Position numbers and translations under genes: made by a program
Shown here: positions 53,101-60,661 of the stretch, in pieces
Layout of the letters: every line of letters starts with the position of its first letter
How positions within the stretch are numbered: position 1 is the first letter of the stretch
Assembly (NCBI GenBank): GCA_963518505.1
Contig: CAUQIT010000012.1
Coordinates: forward strand, 6,858-70,857
Source of the DNA: an uncultured Veillonella sp.
GTDB lineage: Bacteria; Bacillota; Negativicutes; Veillonellales; Veillonellaceae
Direction of reading: 5' to 3'
Length of the DNA stretch: 64,000 nt
Notes under the pieces: model-generated
Told to the model about the DNA's origin: nothing
What the model saw: only the letters and a program-made list of their open reading frames with translations
The model's database searches: none

Positions 53101-53381
53101 ATCACTTTTTGTACTTGACCAAATTCTGTATCACTTAAAGGTACATTCAACACATCTTGATTTAATCTGTATAAAATATCTCGAAAGTTTTTCCATAAAG
53201 CTTCTATTGTTTTAATATGTGGCTCGTACTTCCATAGCTTTCTACGGAACATCTTTGTTGAATCATAATTAAAATCTTTATTTCCCCCTTCACCGATTTG
53301 ACTAATGTTCCCCCCCGTAGTAAGACGCTCAAGCAACAATGATTCAAATACTACTTCTTTCATGCCTACTGTGCATTCCAT
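50124..53381 (-). CDS. hsdR: Type I restriction enzyme endonuclease/translocase subunit
   Basis: A 1085-aa protein with SF2 motifs HTTGSGKT and VDEAH. Confidence 0.93.
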   Translation of the reverse strand: MECTVGMKEVVFESLLLERLTTGGNISQIGEGGNKDFNYDSTKMFRRKLWKYEPHIKTIEALWKNFRDILYRLNQDVLNVPLSDTEFGQVQKVINELYTPYQAGQFLYGVNGKSEVEVDLDDGRHVILTIFDQKQIGAGNTIYQVVTQIQCPKKSPDGQDRRFDTTLLINGLPIIQIEEKRSKERIESALNQIKEYIKERQYSDIFSTVQILVAMKPTQIKYMANTTYEMFNEDFAFYWQDPEDGKVVRDWKVFTDIFLSIPMAHQMSTQFTILDGSKNNQVLKVMRPYQVYATKKVLEALRIADFEAPINRLGYIWHTTGSGKTITSFKTAWLASRMPNIDKVVFLVDRIALTRQTEENYKAYDPTGSIDMDGRKHEMIGGTENIKELKKKLGDKGNGIIVTSVQKLINLIKRKDFVLPKKNYVFIVDEAHRSTGGDSFEELQKVFKGAAWVGYTGTPMFDNMGGSVCSKTHEVFGNILHAYTIREAISDKNVLGFKVDFETTIDEVTMKEEYLPNFYRQCYPYWTDEEIRERILNMTSDDMDDMLTPSFYDNNEEHVRLVVDDIFKHWRNRSCDGLYNALFTTHVGGNSPSIPMALMYFDEFQKVNKERAKLGQFTLKVAITYRKSTNHNDGQIEANDGLKRAMKHYNEMFGTSFVIEDDAAYMEDVRSRLNRTARDGKFLDIVIVVEQLLTGFDAPQLNTLYVDRTLKGAALIQAYSRTNRIANIGKKDFGRIINYRWPIQNEKHMNEALGIYANRDSANVQESFIDGDEADPKELVDAGILAESFKEQLVKVQYIVNQLRDMTDHFTEVPRSEAKQEEMLNVMRLYNSGMRKLKQYDAEVLDGTLIGYDYDKPEDLIRMVGMTLEEEEMLTTSLVNDLKERLADARSIPVTHIELRMVHVKEVEVNYDYLTELIEGLMNAVHENRKIDADSYLEKINNFALSLEDRHLAKQINKAATEIYNGDYPPVNSNITYPVKLKDCLDIVETVNVGLVNDKIYKFREQWGIIDHITNEELLDMFNRHEYGKEDFDDAGRMTELKKVAGKEYRSKAKDPKVVELGLLAYRTGVIKAIYAFANEYVSEG

Positions 53382-53384
53382 CTC

Positions 53385-53963
53385 TTACACCCCCTGTAAT
53401 TGTGCCACTCGCAATGTATACATATTATGTGCTACTCGTTGTTGCAAAGAACGCACTCGCAATTCCTTGTAATACACATCGCCGATTAATCGTTGTATTT
53501 CGAGCGTTGGTAACTTCGGCAGTTCTATGTCTTTCAATAGTTTTAAACTGTACCGAATGACTTGGCTACCTTGCAAGTTTTGTTGGAACTGGCGTTTGAT
53601 ACTTGGATGTTCATTGATGAGGAACATCATGTATTTACAGTCAATTTGTTTAGACGTAGGCACCATGCGCACATAGTTCTGTGTGAAAATATATCCTTCA
53701 TGATCTTTACCGACGATAGTCGCTTCCCCAGAGATCGTACTGAATAACAAATCGCCTTCTTCTAGTACATCTCCTGTGAAAGTCGTTTTAATTTGTTTCC
53801 GATCTTGTCGTTCACCTGGCACGCCGTGTATATCTTCATAGAGTTCATTTTGACCATATAAGGTATATATTTTTGCCTCTCCTGTAACGTCTTCATCTAA
53901 GCGATATTGAGATACCCCTGTATTGCTATGAAATAAGTCTTTGATACATACCATAGAAACCAT
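53385..53963 (-). CDS. Half-size HsdS-like protein (one TRD plus a conserved helix)
   Basis: Carries GDLLFS and an IELPKLPTLEIQRLIGDVY segment resembling the HsdS conserved region (I.LP.L.EQ..I). Its stop lies 3 nt before the hsdR start. Confidence 0.65.
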   Translation of the reverse strand: MVSMVCIKDLFHSNTGVSQYRLDEDVTGEAKIYTLYGQNELYEDIHGVPGERQDRKQIKTTFTGDVLEEGDLLFSTISGEATIVGKDHEGYIFTQNYVRMVPTSKQIDCKYMMFLINEHPSIKRQFQQNLQGSQVIRYSLKLLKDIELPKLPTLEIQRLIGDVYYKELRVRSLQQRVAHNMYTLRVAQLQGV

Positions 53964-53982
53964 CTCCTTTTCTCTAATTTTG

Positions 53983-54034
53983 CATTTTAAAAAATTACCG
54001 TGATTAACTTATGGCTTAAGTATACACGGTAATT
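53983..54034 (-). terminator. Rho-independent terminator after the HipA-like gene
   Basis: A 10-bp stem aattaccgtg / cacggtaatt, followed on the minus strand by TTTTTTAAAA. Confidence 0.5.
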
Positions 54035-54105
54035 CTAAAAAATGCAAGTATGTTATTGTAATTTTTAAAAATTATTTATACAGTTTTTTCTTTTTTCCTC
54101 TTACC

Positions 54106-55056
54106 TCATCTACCATCTCTTTGATTAATATCCTTTTGGTAATTTAGTTCATTTTTTAATGCTTTTTGAATAATCAATCTATTTCTGTTATCCAATAATT
54201 GAGTGTAAAATTCTTTTTCTACATGACTTATATAAGGAATCTCTCTAATTATTGCATGAACAATTTCGCTGTTATATTTTGGTGCTATTCGCTTAATTGC
54301 TTCCGCTATATCGTTTGAACACTCATAATTATTTTTTCTATTATCAACTAATATATGGTAATAATTCATTCTAGCATTGTTAAATTTAAATATAGAAACA
54401 GGATCATTTTTAGAAATTCTATTAAACACACTAGAATCATCAAGAAACTTCTTTTTCTCGTCTTCACTTAAAATCGGATATAAACTAGCCCCACAATCAT
54501 ATATTGGTGACATTCGTCTTATATTAGTTTCTTCATTAAATATATAGCCCCAATTATTATGATGTCTATCTGGATTTCCAATTAATGCATCTGCAACAAA
54601 CATATCCCAAAAATATCGTTCCATCTCATCAGTTTTTACAACTTCTTGTTCTTTAATAAATTGTAATGTTTTTTCTAAGGATACGCCCTTATTATCGCTA
54701 TTAATATGGTTTACCTTATTTTGTAATTCTAAGAATGAGCCTAAACTTTCTTCCTTTGACAAGAAATCTTTACATGCAACAACTAAATCATTATTATATG
54801 TGCAAAGAAATACATCTTGAACATCTAATCCAAGAGATTTAATGACTTTACATGAAATATACTCTGTAATACAAGAGTTAGCATAGCTTGTATCTCTGTT
54901 ATTTTGTCTAACTCTCTCAGGTAATTTCAATAAGTAGTATTCACCATTATCTCGTACAGAGTATTTTTTACCTGCACCACCATAAGAACGGTAACTTATT
55001 TCAATTCCATCTATATTAGAAAAATTCTCCATTGAGATTCCCCCAGTAATATTCAT
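54106..55056 (-). CDS. Short HipA-like Ser/Thr kinase (HipA C-terminal domain only)
   Basis: Carries DALIGNPDRHHNNWG (catalytic loop), SPIYDCG (Mg-binding Asp) and a YGGAGKKYS Gly-rich loop. At 316 aa it lacks the HipA N-terminal subdomain. Confidence 0.8.
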   Translation of the reverse strand: MNITGGISMENFSNIDGIEISYRSYGGAGKKYSVRDNGEYYLLKLPERVRQNNRDTSYANSCITEYISCKVIKSLGLDVQDVFLCTYNNDLVVACKDFLSKEESLGSFLELQNKVNHINSDNKGVSLEKTLQFIKEQEVVKTDEMERYFWDMFVADALIGNPDRHHNNWGYIFNEETNIRRMSPIYDCGASLYPILSEDEKKKFLDDSSVFNRISKNDPVSIFKFNNARMNYYHILVDNRKNNYECSNDIAEAIKRIAPKYNSEIVHAIIREIPYISHVEKEFYTQLLDNRNRLIIQKALKNELNYQKDINQRDGR

Positions 55057-55255
55057 TTCTTAATTCATCAGCTTCTTCTTGACTAATAACTCGATCGCAC
55101 CAAACCGAATTGATGACACTATAGATATTCATAATTTGCATTTTAAACTCAATTCTATTATTCATAGTTCGATCCTTTAAATATGTTTCTTTAGCTGTAT
55201 TTAAAGCAGCGATTTCTTCTCTTAGGAAACGATAACCCTCTGAATTTGTTTTCAT
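55016..55255 (-). CDS. Hypothetical 79-aa protein overlapping the HipA-like gene start (candidate antitoxin or regulator)
   Basis: An ORF in operon position. I recognise no HTH. It shares a C-terminal motif with the 90-aa ORF at 57405..57677. Confidence 0.5.
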   Translation of the reverse strand: MKTNSEGYRFLREEIAALNTAKETYLKDRTMNNRIEFKMQIMNIYSVINSVWCDRVISQEEADELRNEYYWGNLNGEFF

Positions 55256-55304
55256 AGTACCCTCTTTTCTATCAGCACGTTTGATGATTATAAACCCATA
55301 CCTC

Positions 55305-56021
55305 TCATCTAGTGTTCCATTCTAACTGTAATTCAGAATTGTTAATAATCTTCATTCTAGTCTGTTCTTCGTTCGACAACCGTATTCCCATATCTGGTAA
55401 TCCTTTTATATCTAGATCAGATAATAGGTTCATATATAGTTGTCTATCACTTTTATTAATAATAATAGGAGCAATCCCTTGTTGCAGACAAGAATGAACA
55501 ATTAAGGCACGCCCAGTTCTTCCATTGCCATCAGAAAATGGATGTATTCGTTCAAATCGCAAATGCTGCTCCATGATAACTTCTATTTTTTCTTCCACAG
55601 TATTAGAGAGCTGAAGTCTATATTCTAACGTATCACACCAGTTTTTTAATTCTGATTGCACTAAATAAGGTTCTGTAGTTGTAAAATCAGCCCCTATGAT
55701 TATATTATGAATCGTTTTAAATGCTCCTGCATCTTCTCTAATATCTTGTAATAAATAACTATGAGTATCTTTTATTAGTTCAATAGTAATTTCCTTGGGA
55801 CAATGATCTGTTAAAAATCCCATATATTTCTTATAGTTTTTGACTTCATAAAATTCACGTTCATGCATCGCTCTAGGAATGATACCATCTAATAAAATAC
55901 ATTTAGCTTCATATTGTGTCAGTGTATTCCCTTCAATAGCGGTACTATGGTGAGCCATTCTAACTAGCATATCATCCGCATAACTACATGAAAGTTTCAA
56001 GCTAATCATCTCCTTAATCAA
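55305..56021 (-). CDS. Fic-family protein (class II, with an N-terminal inhibitory motif)
   Basis: The Fic motif reads HPFSDGNGRTGRAL. The inhibitory (S/T)xxxE(G/N) motif appears as STAIEGN near the N-terminus. Confidence 0.88.
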   Translation of the reverse strand: MIKEMISLKLSCSYADDMLVRMAHHSTAIEGNTLTQYEAKCILLDGIIPRAMHEREFYEVKNYKKYMGFLTDHCPKEITIELIKDTHSYLLQDIREDAGAFKTIHNIIIGADFTTTEPYLVQSELKNWCDTLEYRLQLSNTVEEKIEVIMEQHLRFERIHPFSDGNGRTGRALIVHSCLQQGIAPIIINKSDRQLYMNLLSDLDIKGLPDMGIRLSNEEQTRMKIINNSELQLEWNTR

Positions 56022-56124
56022 CGCAGTTTATACACCTGTATTACGTACTCCTCTGTAGTATTAGAAGTTCCTACACTCATATTACGCTTCCCTCTATTGT
56101 ATTAGCATTTTTACAGCTCTTACA

Positions 56125-56979
56125 CTAGATGGTTGCATCTGTTTTAGACATCCACAATTTTTCAATTCCCAATCCAATAGCCACGCTTAGTGCAATAGCG
56201 CAGATTTCAAATATGGACGGTGTAATATATACTAATGGGCTACCTGTGAAAGCTGGCAATGCTTTCCCTGCCCAAGCTTTCACAATTTCTGGGATATATC
56301 CACCGAATAGGATATGCGCATTGGTTGCCACCCACCATACTGCCATGACTACGATAGCAGTCACACGAGGCCACAATGCTGTGCGACGTGGATATAAATA
56401 TAATACCATGCTACCGATAGTGGTCAACATCATAAGCACTACCCCGATGTATAGGCTAGCAATGAGTCCTGCAAAGCCCTGCGCATCTAACGATGCTTGA
56501 ATGATAGGATCCTCTAGATTGAGGTACATCACATCCCCTAAAAATAGCATCGGCAATGGCAACGCATAGGTACAAATATTCAATACTGTATCGATAAAGT
56601 AATGACGTTCTTTACGTGCCATCCAACAATCTAATAGTTTTGCTGTACCGATCATGAGTGCAACTGCAACTAGCATAGTCAATATCCAAACTAGCATGAT
56701 GTAGATTGGTTCATTTGGCAAAGTAAAGGGCAACACCCCATTGCCAAAGAAAAAGAATAAATTCCACCACAACCAAGCGTATGTATAATGGCCTTTCCCT
56801 AAGTGAAAGTCAAATTGCCCCGCCAGTCTTGGTACTGCTTTCAGCCCCAAAGGAATCCCCAAGGAGGCAATGACAAACATAATAATGCTAGATGTGTCAA
56901 ACTGCCCTAAGCTAAATACCAAGCTGAGCGGAATAATCCAGAGCATGGACCAACTGTAAAATTTTATATAACTTCTCAT
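56125..56979 (-). CDS. Hypothetical polytopic membrane protein
   Basis: Has roughly eight or more hydrophobic segments. I prefer the ATG at 56979 (AGAGGTG RBS, TAAtATG junction). I recognise no family. Confidence 0.6.
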   Translation of the reverse strand: MRSYIKFYSWSMLWIIPLSLVFSLGQFDTSSIIMFVIASLGIPLGLKAVPRLAGQFDFHLGKGHYTYAWLWWNLFFFFGNGVLPFTLPNEPIYIMLVWILTMLVAVALMIGTAKLLDCWMARKERHYFIDTVLNICTYALPLPMLFLGDVMYLNLEDPIIQASLDAQGFAGLIASLYIGVVLMMLTTIGSMVLYLYPRRTALWPRVTAIVVMAVWWVATNAHILFGGYIPEIVKAWAGKALPAFTGSPLVYITPSIFEICAIALSVAIGLGIEKLWMSKTDATI

Positions 56980-56980
56980 A

Positions 56981-57376
56981 TTACACCTCTGTATTCTTTC
57001 CACCTGCTAATGCCAATACTAAGGACAAGGTCACTTGGCAATACATGATGATGGCAAACACCACATCACGACCGATAGTCGGTAAGTTCCACAACCAAGA
57101 TAAATCTAAATTGTTGAACACCAAGAATGTACCCCCTTGTACTAGTGCCCAAGCTACTACGTACACGCAAATCGGTATTCTACGAGCCTTTGGACCAAAT
57201 CCACTTTCACTAGAACGTAAGTAGAAAATAGGAATTAATAAGGACAACACTTCATAGCTGACACCCGCTGCCATGGCGCTCATCCCCGTATGAATCGTGT
57301 AGGCCCCTAGGGGAATCAATATAAAAAATATACTCATATACATCGTGCGTTGCACTACGTCTTGTATCGTTGACAT
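56981..57376 (-). CDS. Hypothetical membrane protein (about four TM segments)
   Basis: A hydrophobic ORF coupled to the downstream membrane ORF. Confidence 0.55.
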   Translation of the reverse strand: MSTIQDVVQRTMYMSIFFILIPLGAYTIHTGMSAMAAGVSYEVLSLLIPIFYLRSSESGFGPKARRIPICVYVVAWALVQGGTFLVFNNLDLSWLWNLPTIGRDVVFAIIMYCQVTLSLVLALAGGKNTEV

Positions 57377-57404
57377 ATAATTTCCTTTCTATACCAAAAT
57401 TATT

Positions 57405-57677
57405 TCATCGATTTTTTCTATGCATAATCGCTGTATCTAACAGCTTTTTCTTCCTTTTCTCTATATATAGCTTATAAAAATCTTTATTATCACCAAATAA
57501 TTTTTCTCTTAAATAATTTGCCTCATCAATTGATATTTCATAATTATGTTGAGCTATATTGATAGATCCATAGAGTTCATCTAGCCATACATCAATATAA
57601 TCACCATTTTCCAGAGCCTTTTTCAGACCTTGTATATCATTATATAAATAAGCAGGCAACAATTCTTCATTAATCAT
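57405..57677 (-). CDS. Hypothetical 90-aa protein, paralogous to the ORF at 55016..55255
   Basis: Both share the pattern Y..IN.......IS..EA..LR....G. It has a basic C-terminal tail. Confidence 0.5.
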   Translation of the reverse strand: MINEELLPAYLYNDIQGLKKALENGDYIDVWLDELYGSINIAQHNYEISIDEANYLREKLFGDNKDFYKLYIEKRKKKLLDTAIMHRKNR

Positions 57678-57773
57678 ACAACTATGCTCCTTACTTAAAT
57701 TAATTATCTCTTCCTATAGTATAACAAACATCAGCCATCTTATAAATACATATACGGTTTCAATTTTACAAAC

Positions 57774-57800
57774 AAAAAAGCATCCTTAAGGATGCTTTTT
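57774..57800 (-). terminator. Rho-independent terminator after the P-type ATPase gene
   Basis: A stem built from aaaaagcatcc, a ttaa loop and ggatgcttttt. T-runs lie on both strands. Confidence 0.7.
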
Positions 57801-57805
57801 ATATG

Positions 57806-59935
57806 TTATGCTACAACTGCTTCTACTTCGATGCAGTCATCGTTTGTTGTTTTAGTTTTTTCCAATAATGGAGTCATGCTATACATACCCACGCCTAGTG
57901 TGAATAAGTTGTGAATCCATGCAGTGGAGCTAGGAGGCATTACTCCCAACACGCCCAATCCTACAAGGCCACCATTCACACCTACGATGGAATTATAGTT
58001 AATTTTAATACGATCCATTAATTTCATGGAAATACGACGTAAGTCAACGATGGCAGTTAAGTTATCACTGGACACTGTGACATTGGCAATTTTTTGTGCA
58101 ATTGGTGCACCTTCATTCATACCAATACCTACGTGTGCTTCAGATAATGCCAAGGAGTCGTTGATACCGTCCCCTACCATCATCACTGTGTAGCCTTCTT
58201 CTTTTGCTTTACGTACGTAATCAGCTTTGTCAGTTGGCATAACTTCTGCATGAACTTCGTCAATACCAATTTCCGCTGCTACGCGTTCTGCATTTTTACG
58301 GCTATCGCCAGTCATCATAACGATTTTCTTCACACCTAACTCATGAAGTTCGCGGATCACAGTTTTCGCTTCTTCACGCACTGGGTCTTTAATACAAATA
58401 ACCGCAGATAGGACGTTAGAAATCGCTAAATATAGATAGGAGCAACCTTCTGGAAGGCTTTCAAATTTAGCTTCTTCTCCAGCTGGAATTGTTGTTTTTT
58501 CATCTTCAAAAATGAAGTGATGGCTACCGATACGCACTTTGCGGTTACCCACTTTGGATGCAATGCCATGTGCCACAACATATTCTACTTTGGAGTGCAT
58601 TTCTTTATGTGGTAAATGATGATCTTGCGCCGCTGTCACTACTGCCTTCGCCATGGAATGAGGGAAATGCTCTTCCAAGCAAGCTGCTAATGTCAACATT
58701 TCATCTGCATCATTACCGCCAAATGGAATGATTTCTTGGAATACTGGTTCTGCTTTTGTTAAAGTACCTGTTTTATCGAAAACAATCATATCTGCTTCTG
58801 CAATGCGTTCCAAGAATTTACCACCTTTTACAGTGATGCCACGGTTGGACGCTTCTTGCATAGCGGATAATACTGCCAACGGAATGGACAATTTCAATGC
58901 GCAGGAGAAATCTACCATAACGAAAGATAAGGCTTTCATCAAATTGCGAGTTAAAGCAAAGGTAGCAAATGCACCTAAGAAACTCACCGGTACTAATTTA
59001 TCTGCCATGCGGTATGCTTTTTGTTCCATACCAGATTTCATTTGTTCAGATTCTTCGATCAAGTTTACGATTTGTTCGAAACGAGTATGTTTACATGTAG
59101 TGCGTACTTCAAAGGAACATTGACCTTCTTCTACCACAGTACCTGCATACACCGAAGTACCTGCATCACGACGAACTGGTTCAGGTTCCCCTGTCATGGA
59201 GCTTTCATTTACAAGAACTACGCCGTCCACAACTTGTCCATCCAATGGCACTACTTCGCCTTGGCGAACTACTACGATGTCGCCAACCTGTACTTCACCA
59301 ATTGGTTTGCTTACTTCTACGCCGTCTACGAGAACCCAAACTTTGTCTACGTTCAAGGACATGCTTTCAGCAAGGTTAAGCACGGATTTACGTAATGTCC
59401 ACTCTTCCAAGATTTCGCCGATGCCTAATAAGTACATCACAGCGCCAGCTGTAGAATAATCTTTTTGCAATAATGCGGCACCAATAGCTACGCCATCTAA
59501 TACTTCTACAGTCAATTTGCGTTTCCACAATGTTTTGATCGCTGTACCGATGAACTTGATACCATCGAACCAAGACCATGCTGCTGCAATAGGTGCTGGT
59601 AACACAATTTTTTTACCGATATAAAGCAATGTTTTATCGATCATTTCTTCTTTGTAACGCTTGTTGACAAGGCGAGGTGAAAGTTCATGCAATGCTGGTG
59701 CATTGGCTAAATCCAAATCTTGTAATCCGAATAAAGCAGCTTTCACAGCACTTTCATCACCAGTATGTTGGATGATGATATCACCAGAACGCGTATAGAA
59801 GTTCGCTTTGGTAATGGCTTCACAGGCCATCAATGTATCTTCGATATATTGAGCCTGTGCGTCATTAAACTTACGTCCCTCAATGCGTACATGAAGACGA
59901 CGGGACAAGCGTTGCAACATTTTAAATTGCATCAT
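57806..59935 (-). CDS. P1B-type (heavy-metal) P-type ATPase with an atypical SCA transmembrane motif
   Basis: Carries TGEPEP, DKTGTLT and GDGINDS. The usual CPC position reads FSCALKLSIP. I see no N-terminal CxxC metal-binding motif. Confidence 0.88.
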   Translation of the reverse strand: MMQFKMLQRLSRRLHVRIEGRKFNDAQAQYIEDTLMACEAITKANFYTRSGDIIIQHTGDESAVKAALFGLQDLDLANAPALHELSPRLVNKRYKEEMIDKTLLYIGKKIVLPAPIAAAWSWFDGIKFIGTAIKTLWKRKLTVEVLDGVAIGAALLQKDYSTAGAVMYLLGIGEILEEWTLRKSVLNLAESMSLNVDKVWVLVDGVEVSKPIGEVQVGDIVVVRQGEVVPLDGQVVDGVVLVNESSMTGEPEPVRRDAGTSVYAGTVVEEGQCSFEVRTTCKHTRFEQIVNLIEESEQMKSGMEQKAYRMADKLVPVSFLGAFATFALTRNLMKALSFVMVDFSCALKLSIPLAVLSAMQEASNRGITVKGGKFLERIAEADMIVFDKTGTLTKAEPVFQEIIPFGGNDADEMLTLAACLEEHFPHSMAKAVVTAAQDHHLPHKEMHSKVEYVVAHGIASKVGNRKVRIGSHHFIFEDEKTTIPAGEEAKFESLPEGCSYLYLAISNVLSAVICIKDPVREEAKTVIRELHELGVKKIVMMTGDSRKNAERVAAEIGIDEVHAEVMPTDKADYVRKAKEEGYTVMMVGDGINDSLALSEAHVGIGMNEGAPIAQKIANVTVSSDNLTAIVDLRRISMKLMDRIKINYNSIVGVNGGLVGLGVLGVMPPSSTAWIHNLFTLGVGMYSMTPLLEKTKTTNDDCIEVEAVVA

Positions 59936-59938
59936 GGA

Positions 59939-60199
59939 TTATTTTCCTTCTGTTAACACTTCTTCGTCACGAGTTTCGTTGATTTCTTGTGCTTCAGCCA
60001 AGATGCTACCAGTGGAAGCTTGTAATTTTTCAGTAGTTTTTAAGATGCTGTCTTTTGCACGAAGACCTGCTGCTACTACGTTAGCATATACTTTGCGAGC
60101 ATCTTTGGAAGTTAATACTTTTACACCTACTGTGCCTAAAGCTAAACCAGCTGCGAATACATTAGCATCTCTTAAAGTTTCTTTTTTTACGTTGAACAT
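59939..60199 (-). CDS. Hypothetical 86-aa protein immediately upstream of the ATPase gene
   Basis: The ORF stops 3 nt before the ATPase start. It has one Gly/Ala-rich hydrophobic segment. Confidence 0.55.
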   Translation of the reverse strand: MFNVKKETLRDANVFAAGLALGTVGVKVLTSKDARKVYANVVAAGLRAKDSILKTTEKLQASTGSILAEAQEINETRDEEVLTEGK

Positions 60200-60325
60200 T
60201 GTTAGTTCCTTTCTGTGAGCTCTGTCACATTAATACATGAAAATATATTAAAATTAAAAATTGTAAAGATAAGAGGGTCCCGTGTTACCGAGTCCCCTCT
60301 TACCAAACTTATGGTATCGAATTAG

Positions 60326-60529
60326 TTACTTTTCAGCTTGTTCTTCGTGACCACCACAGCCACAACCGCATCCTGATTCGGATTCAGATTCAGAAGAGGA
60401 ACCACATCCTCCACCGCATCCGCCACCACAACCGCCTGCGCTTGTTGCACTTTTATATACTCGGTATGCAACATAGAGAACAGCTAGTAAACCAATTGCG
60501 TATACAATAACACTATCCATAGTATACAC
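60326..60529 (-). CDS. FeoB-associated Cys-rich membrane protein
   Basis: Has one N-terminal TM helix followed by CGGGCGGGCG...GCGCGCGG. It lies downstream of feoB. Confidence 0.8.
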   Translation of the reverse strand: MYTMDSVIVYAIGLLAVLYVAYRVYKSATSAGGCGGGCGGGCGSSSESESESGCGCGCGGHEEQAEK

Positions 60530-60661
60530 TATCTCCTTCTCATTTTCAAGTACTTTTTAAAAATTATTTTGCGAATGCAACAAACTGCATAATATCAATG
60601 ATTTTTTGAAATAAAATTTTTCTCAATCTCAATTATATTGTTTGTTTACTATCAATATTGA

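Noticed and set aside
60361-60450. A GC-rich short tandem repeat block that might be a CRISPR-like array or a non-coding repeat
   Set aside because: It lies in frame within the FeoB-associated Cys-rich protein ORF and encodes the CGG/GCG and SESES tracts. There is no spacer-repeat architecture.
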